DNA of 64,000 nt from an uncultured Pseudomonadota bacterium (GTDB taxonomy: Bacteria; Myxococcota_A; Polyangia; Fen-1088): contig CAWKBC010000032.1 in NCBI GenBank assembly GCA_963847705.1, forward strand, positions 192,001 to 256,000, given 5' to 3'. The translations under genes and the position numbers were made by a program. How positions within the stretch are numbered: the stretch's first letter is position 1; every line of letters starts with the position of its first letter. A model generated the notes under the pieces. That model searched no databases, had not been told where the DNA came from, and saw nothing but the letters and a program-made list of their open reading frames with translations. This document shows, piece by piece, positions 39,862 to 49,919 of the stretch.

Positions 39862-40581
39862 ATGCATGATCGGGGGAACGGGCGGCAGGACGGGGGCCGT
39901 GACGGGCGCCGGGAGTTCTTGGTGGGCGTGGCCGGCGCCGGTGCCGTGCTGATCTCGACGGCGGCCGCGGGCGCCGAGTCCAGGCATGGCGGTGCCGGCG
40001 GCGACGTCCCCCCCACCGAGGATCTGATGCGCGAGCACGGCGTGCTGCGACGGCTCCTGCTCGTCTACGAGGAGGCGATCCGGAAGCTGCCCTCGGGCGA
40101 CGCGGCGATGGTCGACGTGATTGCGGGCGCCGCGAACATCGTTCACCGGTTCGTCGAGGGGTATCACGAGAAGCTGGAAGAGGACTTCGTCTTCCCCAAG
40201 CTCGAGCAAGCCGGGAAGCTCGTCGACCTGACCCAGGTGCTGCGCATCCAGCACGCGGCCGGGCGCAAGGTGACCGACGCGATCCGCGAGGCGACCAGGC
40301 AGAAGTCGCTGGGGCCGGAGCGGCGCCAGTCGCTGACCGCCAACCTCCAGGCCTTCATCCGCATGTATGCCCCCCACGCCGCCTGGGAGGACACCGAGCT
40401 CTTCCCTGCCTTCCGCCAGCTCTACACCGCAGCGGAGCTCGACCGTCTCGGCGATCGCTTCGAGGCGCAGGAGCACAAGTTGCTGGGCGGCGGCGGCTTC
40501 GAGGGATCACTCGCGGAGGTGGGCGAGCTCGAGAAAGAGCTGGGGATCCACGACCTCAGCAAGTTCACGCCCGGCGTTTAG
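39862..40581 (+). CDS. Hemerythrin-domain protein with Tat-like signal
   Basis: 'RREFL' + hydrophobic stretch; 'LMREH', 'YHEKLEE', 'QH', 'H.AWED..LFP'. Confidence 0.85.
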   Translation: MHDRGNGRQDGGRDGRREFLVGVAGAGAVLISTAAAGAESRHGGAGGDVPPTEDLMREHGVLRRLLLVYEEAIRKLPSGDAAMVDVIAGAANIVHRFVEGYHEKLEEDFVFPKLEQAGKLVDLTQVLRIQHAAGRKVTDAIREATRQKSLGPERRQSLTANLQAFIRMYAPHAAWEDTELFPAFRQLYTAAELDRLGDRFEAQEHKLLGGGGFEGSLAEVGELEKELGIHDLSKFTPGV

Positions 40582-40729
40582 GCCCGCCTCCATGCCCAAT
40601 CCCAATATCTGACGCGCTGACGCGATGACGCGCGGCGACCGGACGCCGCAGAAGCTCGGCCGTTCATTGCCGCTGCGCGCGAGCAGCACGCGATTGCCAA
40701 AACCGCGCTCAGTTCGGATAAAATGAGGC

Positions 40730-41197
40730 GTGCACGAACGGATGTCGCGCTCGCGTTCATTGTTCCACCAGGCGGCGCTGGCCATCGCCATCGGGGGGCT
40801 CTCCTCGACGGCCTGTTACGAGGCCAAGCCACTGCACCTCACGGTTCAAACGGCGGCCACGACGCTCGACTGCGCCAGCACCGCGGATCGCGTCTTCTTC
40901 GACGCGTCCTACGTCCGCATGAGCAACGTGCTCGGCCCGAGCGTGTTTTACACACCCCGCGTCGGCCCGCCCCGACAGACGACGTCGACGCGCACCGGGA
41001 GCCTCGGATGGGGCATCGGCGTCTGGCTCACGGAGCGCGCGCCCCAGGGGGACCACGGCTCCTGTGGCTTCGCGCTGGAGGGGCTCTCGCCCGATCCGGC
41101 CTGCGGCCCGACCTGTCCCTATTCTTCGCAGCGCGGCGCCGACGTCGATCAGGCGCTGCGGGACATGACGCGGCGGCTGGCCGCGGCGTTCGAGTAA
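40730..41197 (+). CDS. Hypothetical lipoprotein
   Basis: Hydrophobic stretch then STAC lipobox; several Cys. Confidence 0.55.
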   Translation: MHERMSRSRSLFHQAALAIAIGGLSSTACYEAKPLHLTVQTAATTLDCASTADRVFFDASYVRMSNVLGPSVFYTPRVGPPRQTTSTRTGSLGWGIGVWLTERAPQGDHGSCGFALEGLSPDPACGPTCPYSSQRGADVDQALRDMTRRLAAAFE

Positions 41198-41238
41198 CCG
41201 CCAGCAACCTCCAGGACCTCGAGGCACCGCCCCGCGCG

Positions 41239-43422
41239 TCAGGGCCGGTCGATGACGATCGGTGGCGGGGGCGGCGGCGGGGGGGGCGGCGGCGGCGGCG
41301 GAACGGCCGCGGCCGGCGGCGTCGGCGCCGAGCCGGGCGGCGGGATCGGCGGCAGCATCTGCGTCCCGGTCTGGACCGTCACGCAGGACGACAGATCGAA
41401 GAACATGAACTCCAGCGCCAGCTCCGGCGGCGTCATCGTGGTGGTCGCCTGACAGCCCATCGGGAAGGCGATCTCCGGGTGCGAGGTGTCCCCCGCCGCG
41501 ACGTGCACGTCGGTGAAGGTGACGCTGCCGCACTGGTTGGCGGCCGGCGCCTCGACCGGCGTGTTGAACGACATGTACTGCGTGGTCGCCTTGGTCGGAC
41601 TGGCGGTGTGGAGCCACTGCTGCGCGGGCGGATTCACGCTGTCGATGGAGTTCTCCACCGCCGCCGCCGAGATCTGGCCGCGCGTGGTCGAGGCCTTCGT
41701 GGTCACCAGCCAGTCGGCCATCGCCATCCCCTTGGGGAAGGTGGTGTCGACGTACTCGGTGACCGGCGGGTCGCCCTTGGAGGGATCGGCCAGATCGGGC
41801 AGGACGCTCTGGGCCCAGGCGCCGGTGGCCGGCCAGGGGGGCAGGCCCTTGTTGATCCAGTACGAGTGGAGGTGCTCGGCGAAGACCTTACCGCCGCTGT
41901 CGGCGTAGCGCTTCATGTTGAGCAGGTACGGATCCTTGGAGTCCGCGAGCTGCGAGCTCTCGCAGGTCAGCACGATGATGTCGTACTTCGACATCTGCGC
42001 GAAGCTGGGGAAGAGCTTGCTGTACGAGTTCGCCAGCGTCGCGCCCGAGGCCAGCGTGGTCGACCCTTCGTTGGCCGACATCCCGTCGCCGCCGGCGTAC
42101 ATGTGCACGCGGCCGGTGCCGGTGTCGGCGGTGAACTCCGCGTCGTCGATGCCGACCCGGCGCAAGAAGCAATCCAGCGCGTCGGCATGACCGGTGGAGA
42201 TGGCGATCTGGGGCAGGTCGCCTTCGCTCTGCTTTCGCGGCAGCCGGAAGGTGGTGGGGTCGCTGAACGGGTTGTCCTGGCAGGCGGTCACCTTGGCGAG
42301 CGTGACCTGCCGCCGCCACTTGCCGATCTGGATGACCAGCGGAACGTTGGTGCCGTGCGGGGCGTTGTGAATGACGAAGTGCCCGGTGGCGTCGCTGAGC
42401 CCCGCCGCCACCGGCGTGCCGGAGATCGGCGAGTTGCAGGTGTTGCAGGAGACACCCTGCGGGATCGGATCGACCGCCGTGTTGGGGACGTAGAGGAGCA
42501 CGTTGTAGAGCGGATTGAGCCCGGCGGGGTCATAGACGGTGCCGCTGATCGAGGTCTCGGCGGTGCCGCTGCAATGATCGAGGTTGCACTGCAGGTTGGT
42601 GCAGGTGGTCGCGGTCGAAGGGCAGACGTGGGCCAGCGTGCCGGTGGTGGCGCAGGCCATCCCGTTGGCGCAGGCGCCGCAGTCCTCGGTCCCGCCGCAG
42701 CCGTTCCCGATCACGCCGCAGTACTGCCCGCCCGAGGGGGTGCAGCTGACCGGCGCGCAGCTGGCGTTGACGGCGCCGCAGACGCCGGTGATGCCGCCGC
42801 CACCGCAGGTGTTGGCCCCCGTGCAGGCGCCGCAGTCGAGCGAGCCGCCGCAACCGTCCCCGATGGCGCCGCAATATTGCGCGCCGCCGCCCGCGTTGCA
42901 GGTGGCCGGCACGCAGCCGGAGACGACACAGACGCCGCCGTTGCAGGTCTGCCCGCCCGGGCAGGCGCCACAGTCGACCGAGCTGCCGCAGCCGTCGCCG
43001 ATCGTGCCGCAGTACTTCGCGCTGCCCGAGCTGCAGGTCAGCTTCACGCAGCTCGCGCCGCCCAGGCAGATCCCCTGGCTGCCGCAGGTCTCGTCGCCAG
43101 GGCAGGCGCCGCAGTTGATCGACCCGCCCGGGCAGCCGTTGCCGATCGTGCCGCAGTACTCGCCGCCGGCCGGCGTGCAGGTGACGGTCGAGGTGCAGGC
43201 GGCGTCGCCGCTCGAGCCGCCGCTGCCGGTCATGACCGCTGACCCGCCGGTGCCCGTCACGCCGGAGCCGCCGCCGCCGGTCGGGTGGTTTCCCCCATCG
43301 ACACCGCCTCCCACATTGGCCCCCTGCCCTCCGCTGCCGCCGGTCGAAACGCCCGACTTGACCCCGGCGCACCCGAGCGAGAACAGCAACGCGACGCCCG
43401 CAACGAAATGAGGTCGGTTCAT
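41239..43422 (-). CDS. Cys-rich lipoprotein with 'YCG.IGDGCG...CG.C' repeats and a carboxypeptidase-regulatory-like domain
   Basis: Lipobox LGC; four Cys-rich repeats; 'ISGTVYDPAG..PLYNV..YVP', 'QIGKWRR', 'LEFMFFDLSSCV'; poly-Pro tail. Confidence 0.8.
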   Translation of the reverse strand: MNRPHFVAGVALLFSLGCAGVKSGVSTGGSGGQGANVGGGVDGGNHPTGGGGSGVTGTGGSAVMTGSGGSSGDAACTSTVTCTPAGGEYCGTIGNGCPGGSINCGACPGDETCGSQGICLGGASCVKLTCSSGSAKYCGTIGDGCGSSVDCGACPGGQTCNGGVCVVSGCVPATCNAGGGAQYCGAIGDGCGGSLDCGACTGANTCGGGGITGVCGAVNASCAPVSCTPSGGQYCGVIGNGCGGTEDCGACANGMACATTGTLAHVCPSTATTCTNLQCNLDHCSGTAETSISGTVYDPAGLNPLYNVLLYVPNTAVDPIPQGVSCNTCNSPISGTPVAAGLSDATGHFVIHNAPHGTNVPLVIQIGKWRRQVTLAKVTACQDNPFSDPTTFRLPRKQSEGDLPQIAISTGHADALDCFLRRVGIDDAEFTADTGTGRVHMYAGGDGMSANEGSTTLASGATLANSYSKLFPSFAQMSKYDIIVLTCESSQLADSKDPYLLNMKRYADSGGKVFAEHLHSYWINKGLPPWPATGAWAQSVLPDLADPSKGDPPVTEYVDTTFPKGMAMADWLVTTKASTTRGQISAAAVENSIDSVNPPAQQWLHTASPTKATTQYMSFNTPVEAPAANQCGSVTFTDVHVAAGDTSHPEIAFPMGCQATTTMTPPELALEFMFFDLSSCVTVQTGTQMLPPIPPPGSAPTPPAAAVPPPPPPPPPPPPPPIVIDRP

Positions 43423-43424
43423 GG

Positions 43425-44513
43425 TCAATTGCTCCCAGCAGTCCAATCAATGGCCGCGCTGAACAACTTGAAGCCGTCGATGGTGAGGTTCTGAACGGCA
43501 TTGGTCTTCCAGCCGAGCCCCACCCGACGCGCCGGGGCCGTCCCGGTCGCCATCGCGGAGCCTTTTTCGTAGGCGAAGTCGATGAGCTCGGTCGGCGCGC
43601 CCATGACCGAGGCGACGTTGATGGGCGCGCCCCCCGGCGTCCCCCAGTAGAGCGACGTGCTCTGCGTCGAGAGGATCAGCGCGAAGCTGACCCCGGCCGT
43701 CAGGTCGGAGGCCAGCGGCGTCGACACGTTCCCCACGCTGACGTTGGTCGTGCTGGCCACGGTCCCCTTGGCCGACGACGAGGCCGTCCACCCGAGCGTC
43801 TGAAACGCCGAGTTCCCGAACACGATCATCGGCACGGCGACGCTGCCAAAGATCGGCACGAAGTCCCCGGCGCCCGAGGAATCGGAGACCACGACGACGT
43901 TCTGGCCCGCCGCCAGCGACGCCGGCCCGGTGGAGGCACCGACGGTGACGACCATGCCGCGCTCCTGCAGCACCTCCTCGACGATGGTCTCGCCGTCGCT
44001 CATGCTGCTCGGCGAGTCGACGACCAGCAGCGCCTTGCGTCCGGTGAGGTCGATGGGGCCGGTGGTGGTGCCGCCGGTGCCGGTGCCGGAGGTGCCGGCG
44101 CCGCCGGAGCCGGAGGTGGTCGTCCCGCCCGTTCCAGGAGTGCCGCCGGTCGCGTGTGCGCCACCGGCGCCGGGGGTTCCGCCGGTGGCCGTGCCACCGG
44201 TGCCGGTCGTCCCGCCGTGACCGGTCGAGCCGCCTGTCGCAGTCGCCCCACCAGTGCCGGTTGCGCCGCCGGGGGCGGGCGTACCACCCGTGCCCGTCGC
44301 AGGAGAACCGCCCGTCCCCGTCGCGCCCCCGGCAGCAGTCACGCCGCCTGTGCTCGTCACGCCGCCGGAGCCAGTCAGACGACCGCCCGTGCCACCAGAT
44401 ATGCCCGATTCCCCGCCGGTTCCCGGCCCGCCACCGACGTTGGGCGCACAGCCCAGGATCCACGAGGCGAGAACGAACACGCAGCCGCCGATCGGACGGC
44501 AAGGGGCCCTCAT
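43425..44513 (-). CDS. Hypothetical lipoprotein with long Gly/Thr linker
   Basis: Lipobox ILGC; GGT repeats; globular C-terminal domain ending 'LFSAAIDW'. Confidence 0.75.
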   Translation of the reverse strand: MRAPCRPIGGCVFVLASWILGCAPNVGGGPGTGGESGISGGTGGRLTGSGGVTSTGGVTAAGGATGTGGSPATGTGGTPAPGGATGTGGATATGGSTGHGGTTGTGGTATGGTPGAGGAHATGGTPGTGGTTTSGSGGAGTSGTGTGGTTTGPIDLTGRKALLVVDSPSSMSDGETIVEEVLQERGMVVTVGASTGPASLAAGQNVVVVSDSSGAGDFVPIFGSVAVPMIVFGNSAFQTLGWTASSSAKGTVASTTNVSVGNVSTPLASDLTAGVSFALILSTQSTSLYWGTPGGAPINVASVMGAPTELIDFAYEKGSAMATGTAPARRVGLGWKTNAVQNLTIDGFKLFSAAIDWTAGSN

Positions 44514-44659
44514 ACCCCGTGAGTGTCCGGAGGCTCACCGAACGGCGCAGCAACTAGGACCAGTCGACTCGGTCATGCATGGCCGTTCATATCGTGGTCG
44601 GCGGCCAAATGTTTCTCGCCTGCTGTCGATGAGCTGACTCCTTCACCAATGGAGAGCCG

Positions 44660-45010
44660 ATGCGTCGTGCCGTTCTGTTCGGGTTCCTGGAGATCGCCAT
44701 GGCGGTCAGTGGATGCGGAGGTTCATCCGGGGCCGCTGGGACTAGCGGGTCGGGCATGGGAGAGTCGGGCGCCTCCAATCCGACCGGCACCGCAGGAGTG
44801 AGCGGAAACAGGGGCGGGAGCGGCGGAGCGGGATCGAGCAGATCCGGGAGTACCGGCGGCAGCGCCGGCGCGAGCGCGAATCGAAGACGCGAATACCACG
44901 ATGTCAGGGCACACAGATCGCTTGGCGACCTAACTGCCTTCGGATCGGTCTCTCAGCCCAACCGGAGCAGATCGAGGGCCTGTCAGGACTATCGAGACCG
45001 TTCAGGATGA
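44660..45010 (+). pseudogene. Probable 5' fragment of a lipoprotein gene
   Basis: SD GGAG, lipobox VSGC, Gly/Ser linker, then an abrupt run into unrelated lower-GC sequence at about 44880. Confidence 0.4.
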
Positions 45011-45251
45011 TTTCTTCTGCGCTCTCGCTTCCCAATACTCCAAGGATGGAAGAACGCGATCATCCGGCGGATCCTTTCCGATCGCTCTCCAGTCCTCCCT
45101 CTCCTGTTCTCTGAGGAATCTGACGAACACGACAATCGCCGTGATCTGTTCCTGGTCGAATCCGCCGACTCGGCTCTGAAACCACTCCCAGCGTTCGCAG
45201 CTCGCTTCTTTGGCGCGTGAGATTGAAGATCACGGAATCCCACGCCACATC
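45002..45251 (-). pseudogene. Frameshifted 3' fragment of a foreign-looking gene (possibly DUF6714-like)
   Basis: 'DVAWDSVIFNLT' then, in a shifted frame, 'ERWEWFQSRVGGFDQEQITAIVVFVRFLRE...SLEYWEARAQKKSS*'; lower GC. Confidence 0.35.
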
Positions 45252-45448
45252 AATTAGCCTTCAAACTCGCGGTCGTGCTGGAGGCGGACGCGGCTCCGGG
45301 CGGTGCGTCAATTTCTTCCCAGGACGCACCAATCGGGCCCGCCCCGCCCCTAAAGCGAAGAGGGCCTTTCTCGAGAACCGGCGGACGGGTCTGCCGACAC
45401 CTCTCAGTCAGCCCCAGTCCCCCTGCCCCACGGCACCGAAGAGGTAAA

Positions 45449-47437
45449 ATGACGATGAGCCGCCGAACGACGATCGGAAGCGCGCTGCTGGTTCTGCTGT
45501 TTCCGCTGGCGGCTTCGGCGGCGACCACCTGGTATGTCGCGCCGACCGGCAGCGACACGGCGGCCGGCACGATGGCGGCGCCGTTCGCCACCTGGGCGCG
45601 GGCCCAGACGGCGGCGGCCGCCGGCGACACGGTCTACTTTCGCGGCGGGACCTACAAGTACACCAGCGCGACCAACACCTGCGGCGGGAGCACCACTGCC
45701 ACGGTGGACGCCGTCGTGCTCAGCAAGAGCGGCACCTCGGGCAACATGATCAACTACTGGGCCTACCCCGGCGAGACCCCGGTGTTCGACTTCTCCGGCA
45801 TCACCGACATGAGCAACTACAACTGCCGGCACTCCAGCGTGCGCGTCGAGGGGAGCTACCTCTACCTGAAGGGGCTGGAGATCACGGGGACGCTCCAGCT
45901 CAACATGGACAACCACGAGTCGTGGGGCGTGTACATCACGGGCGGCAGCAACAACAAGTTCGAGCTCATCAACTCCCACCACAACATGGGCCCCGGCTTC
46001 TTCCTGCTGACGGGGGGTAACAACACCTTCCTGAACTGCGACTCGCACGAGAATGAAGACACGCTGACCTCCAACGGCGACGGGCAGAGCGCCGACGGCT
46101 TCGGCTGCCACCCCAACAAGGCCGGCAACACCGGCAACATCTTCCACGGCTGCCGCGCCTGGTGGAACAGCGACGACGGTTGGGACTTCATCAATTCAGA
46201 GGAAGCCTGCACGGTCGAGTATTCCTGGGCCTGGTATCAAGGGTACAAGCCCGACGCCATCGGGCCAGTCGCCCTTAGCGCTGGCAACGGCAACGGGTTC
46301 AAGGGTGGCGGCTACGGCGACCCGGCGACGAACGTCCCGGCAACGCCCCCCCAGCACGTGATCCGGTTCGACGTCTCGTTCTACAACAAGGCGAACGGCG
46401 TCTACGCCAACCACGGTCCCGTCAACGCCATCTTCTACAACAACACGTCGTACAACAACGGCGTCGACTTCGATATGCTGGGCCTGATCGGGACGGTCGA
46501 TTCTTCGGTCGGCCTCTTGCGGAACAACCTGGCCTTCGGCAAGACGCTGACCAGCGACTTCGGCAACAGCGGTCCGATCGACGACAAGTTCAACTCCTGG
46601 GACTCGAGCACCGGAGTGACCGTCTCGGCCGCCGACTTCGTGAACACCACTCTCTCGCCGCCCACCTCCTGCCCGGCGGCCTACTCCGCGGGCGGGAAGG
46701 TCTGCGTGCTGCCGACCGATACCACCAGCTTCGCCGGGATGGCCAGCGCGCGGCAGGCCGACGGCAGCCTGCCGGTGTTGACGTTCCTGCACCTGGCAGC
46801 GGGGAGCGATCTCATCGACAAGGGGACTGACGTCGGGTTGCCGTACGTCGGCAAAGCACCCGATCTGGGGGCGTTTGAATATGGCGCCGCCACGGGCGGA
46901 AGCCCCGGGACCGGCGGCAGCACCGGCACGGGAGGCGGCACCACCGGGACAGGTGGGACGCCGGCCACGGGCGGCACCACCGGCAGCGGGGGCACCGGGA
47001 CCAGCGGAGCGGCCGGCAAGGGCGGCGCGGGCGGCGCGAAGGGCGGGACCAGCGGGACCGGCACCGCCGGTGCCAATGGGGCTGGCGGAACGACCGAGAC
47101 CGGCACCGGCGGCACCACCACCACGGGAACCGGCGGGAGCGGCACGACCGGCACCGGCGGAGCCTCGGGCGGGAGCAGCGGCACCGGCGGCAGCATCGCG
47201 ACCGGGTCGGGCGGAGGCAACGGAACCGGCGGGACCTCGGCCGGCACGGGCGGGACCGGCACTGCAACCGGCACGGGCGGCTCGTCCAACACGGGCACCG
47301 GCGGGACTGGCGAGACCGACACCGCCAGCGGATGCTCTTGCGACACCGGCCCGGCCGGCGGCGGCAACTTCGCTGGATTGATGATGCTGTCGCTGCTCGG
47401 GCTGACTGCTTTGCGGTCGCGCAAGCGCGCCCGCTGA
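45449..47437 (+). CDS. PL9-like right-handed beta-helix (pectate lyase-like) protein with MYXO-CTERM tail
   Basis: 'YVAPTGSD', 'NCDSHEN.D', 'ADGFG', 'CRAWWNSDDGWD', 'GNGNGFK.GG', 'APDLGAFE'; tail 'SGCSC'+TM+RSRKRAR. Confidence 0.85.
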   Translation: MTMSRRTTIGSALLVLLFPLAASAATTWYVAPTGSDTAAGTMAAPFATWARAQTAAAAGDTVYFRGGTYKYTSATNTCGGSTTATVDAVVLSKSGTSGNMINYWAYPGETPVFDFSGITDMSNYNCRHSSVRVEGSYLYLKGLEITGTLQLNMDNHESWGVYITGGSNNKFELINSHHNMGPGFFLLTGGNNTFLNCDSHENEDTLTSNGDGQSADGFGCHPNKAGNTGNIFHGCRAWWNSDDGWDFINSEEACTVEYSWAWYQGYKPDAIGPVALSAGNGNGFKGGGYGDPATNVPATPPQHVIRFDVSFYNKANGVYANHGPVNAIFYNNTSYNNGVDFDMLGLIGTVDSSVGLLRNNLAFGKTLTSDFGNSGPIDDKFNSWDSSTGVTVSAADFVNTTLSPPTSCPAAYSAGGKVCVLPTDTTSFAGMASARQADGSLPVLTFLHLAAGSDLIDKGTDVGLPYVGKAPDLGAFEYGAATGGSPGTGGSTGTGGGTTGTGGTPATGGTTGSGGTGTSGAAGKGGAGGAKGGTSGTGTAGANGAGGTTETGTGGTTTTGTGGSGTTGTGGASGGSSGTGGSIATGSGGGNGTGGTSAGTGGTGTATGTGGSSNTGTGGTGETDTASGCSCDTGPAGGGNFAGLMMLSLLGLTALRSRKRAR

Positions 47438-47504
47438 GGCATCCTCGAATGGGTTGAGACGACGCCGGGCGCGGAGGCGCGCTGGGCGTTCGTCGACGAT
47501 CCGG

Positions 47505-48584
47505 ATGAGAACAGCGCACAAGATTGTCGCGGCGGCTGGCTGCGTGGCGCTCGCTGCCGCTGGGCTCGGTCTCATCAGACACCAACGGAGCGCGACCACG
47601 GCGGTCGCGGTTCGACCGGCGACGCCGGCGCTTCCCGCCATCGCGCTGGACAGGGCCGACGCCGAGAGGCTCACCAAGATCGAGCTGACCCGACCCGCCG
47701 ACCACGACGATGACCCCGCCGCCGACCACACCGGCGACGGTGCCGGCGCACGCAGCCTCAGGCTCACGATGGAGAGACGCGGGTCCGGCTGGGAGATGAC
47801 CACGCCGATCGTGGGCGAGGCCAGCTCCGCGAAGGTCGCCGAGGCGATCCAGAACCTGGAGACGCTCCACCTCTGGAAGCAGCTCGACCCCGGCACCAGC
47901 TACTACGATCAGTACGACCTCACCGACGAAAAGGCGCTGCACATCGTGGCCTGGCGAGGGGCGGAAAAGGTCGTCGATCTGTTCTGCGGCAAGGGAAGCA
48001 CCGACGGGCAGCTGGTCCGTCTTCCCGATCGGGATGGGATGTTCGCCCTCGTCAACTGGGGGCCGCAGGGCTACGCCGGTTTTCTGTTCACGCGCACGCT
48101 GCACGACTGGCGCGAGACGTCGATCTTCAACTTCGCCCCCGAGCACGTCGTCGGAATCGAGATCAGCAACCCGGCGGGCGACCTCACCTTCGCGAAGGTT
48201 GACGGGCGGTGGCTGGCCACGCGCCAGAGACCGAAGCCGGCTGGCCACCTCGGTCGAGCGAAGCCATGGTTCGGCTTCGACGCGACGAAGATAGAAAATC
48301 TCCTGCGCGACTACCGGGCGCTCGCCGCCGAGGACTTCGGCGACGGGGTGAGCCGCGCCGAGGCCGGCATCGACGACGCCAAGCGAGCCGGCGGCGTCAT
48401 CCGCATCACCCTCGAGGGCGGCGCCGCGCTGACCCTGCGGGTCGGAAAGCTGGCAAACAGCGGGACGCGCTGGGCAATGAAGGACAGCCGCTGGGCGAGC
48501 AAGGATGGCGGCGACGGAACGCTCTACGCGCTCGCGCCGTGGCCGGCCGCCTGGGCCACCGCCGACGCCCACAAGTTCGAATGA
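47505..48584 (+). CDS. DUF4340-like membrane-anchored protein
   Basis: N-terminal TM; 'GWEMTTP', 'WRETSIFNF', 'L.LRVG' pattern. Confidence 0.65.
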   Translation: MRTAHKIVAAAGCVALAAAGLGLIRHQRSATTAVAVRPATPALPAIALDRADAERLTKIELTRPADHDDDPAADHTGDGAGARSLRLTMERRGSGWEMTTPIVGEASSAKVAEAIQNLETLHLWKQLDPGTSYYDQYDLTDEKALHIVAWRGAEKVVDLFCGKGSTDGQLVRLPDRDGMFALVNWGPQGYAGFLFTRTLHDWRETSIFNFAPEHVVGIEISNPAGDLTFAKVDGRWLATRQRPKPAGHLGRAKPWFGFDATKIENLLRDYRALAAEDFGDGVSRAEAGIDDAKRAGGVIRITLEGGAALTLRVGKLANSGTRWAMKDSRWASKDGGDGTLYALAPWPAAWATADAHKFE

Positions 48585-48591
48585 ACATTTC

Positions 48592-49905
48592 TCAGGCGAG
48601 CGCGCCGGTGACGACGGCACCGGTCGCGACGTCGCTGGAGATGGTCGCGGACGACACCCCCACGGCGGCCAGCATCGTCTGCCCGAACGCCGCCAGGCTG
48701 TTCACCGCCGAGATGTCGCCGCTGGCCGACGCCGCGCCGGACTTGGAGTCGATCGCCAGCGCGCCGTAGTCGCCCGCCACCGGCGCCACGCCGCCGATGA
48801 TCCCGCCCTTGAACGGCTTGCCGATGGTGATCGACACCTGGTGGTTGGGATTGTGTTGCCGGCCGTCGGTGTTGCCGGGGCCAATGGTGCGACCGAAGAC
48901 GTTGAGCGACATGAGCGTCACCTGGTCGGACAGGCCGGCCCCCGCCAGCTGCTGCATGAGCGACGCGATGGTCGCCACGCCCGAGACCGTCTGGGCCGTC
49001 TCGGCGGCCAGCCCCACGTCGCGGTGGTTGTCGCCGCCGAAGGGGATATGGATGGAGATGACGGGGGCGACCTTCATCTGGATGAGGGTGATCGCCGCCA
49101 GGATCTGCGAGTTGGCCGTGTTGTCGGTGATGGAGCCGAGCGCATCGAGCAGGCTCTGGTTGATGTTGCGGACCTGCTGTTGCGAGGTAACCAGCGAATC
49201 GACGTAGGCCTGCTGCGCGGGGCTGGCGCCGTTCTTGTAGAGGTCGTAGAGCTGGTTCATCGTCTGGTCGCGCAACGCCTGCAGGTTGGTGAGCGCGCCC
49301 GGAGCGCTGGTCAAGGTCGCCTTCAGCGCCAGCGCGGGAATGATGGGGAGCGGCGCTCCGTCGAAGGAGATCCCCTCGGACGGCGTCGTCGCGCCCATGC
49401 AGATCGGCTGCGACTGGATGGTGCCCAGGCAGGGGGCGAGCTGCCGCGCCAGCAGCGAGGGGAGCATCTCGCCCGCGGCCGTCACGCCCATCAGCTTGAG
49501 GACGTTCGGCTCCTGCGGGTGCACCGGCGTGTTGGTCATGAGGTGCCAGAAGCAGGTCCGGTCGAGCACGTTCTGGGGGAGCGTCGCCCAGGGAGCGGCG
49601 GCGGTGGTGCTCTGACCGTTGAGCGTCAAGGCGGTCGCCGCCATCGACGGATCGGCGCTGTGGACGATGTTGGGATCGTCGTAGGTCCCTGGGACGCTGG
49701 CGTTGATCGGATCGCCGTTGCCCGAGGTGTTGAAGATGATGTACTGGGCCTTGGCGTTCGCTCCGCACATCGAGGCGTCCCCGCTGGCGAACGCGCGCCG
49801 CGGGTTGAGCAGGAACGAAGGCGGCAGGCCGGTCGCCAGCGCCCGCAGCCCGACCAACCCCGCTCCGAAGAGCGTCGTCTTGACTCCTTGGCGGCGGGTG
49901 ATCAT
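48592..49905 (-). CDS. DUF1501-like protein with twin-Arg N-terminus
   Basis: MITRRQG...; 'GDPINASVPGTY', 'FGGDNH.D', 'NVFGRT', 'GRQHN', 'KGG.IGG'. Confidence 0.75.
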   Translation of the reverse strand: MITRRQGVKTTLFGAGLVGLRALATGLPPSFLLNPRRAFASGDASMCGANAKAQYIIFNTSGNGDPINASVPGTYDDPNIVHSADPSMAATALTLNGQSTTAAAPWATLPQNVLDRTCFWHLMTNTPVHPQEPNVLKLMGVTAAGEMLPSLLARQLAPCLGTIQSQPICMGATTPSEGISFDGAPLPIIPALALKATLTSAPGALTNLQALRDQTMNQLYDLYKNGASPAQQAYVDSLVTSQQQVRNINQSLLDALGSITDNTANSQILAAITLIQMKVAPVISIHIPFGGDNHRDVGLAAETAQTVSGVATIASLMQQLAGAGLSDQVTLMSLNVFGRTIGPGNTDGRQHNPNHQVSITIGKPFKGGIIGGVAPVAGDYGALAIDSKSGAASASGDISAVNSLAAFGQTMLAAVGVSSATISSDVATGAVVTGALA

Positions 49906-49919
49906 GGGTCTTCTGTCTC

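Noticed and set aside
46890-47330. GGCACCGGC-rich repeats here and at about 17170-17360, 44060-44420 and 56580-56730
   Set aside because: They encode the Gly/Thr linkers typical of myxobacterial lipoproteins, not mobile or regulatory repeats.
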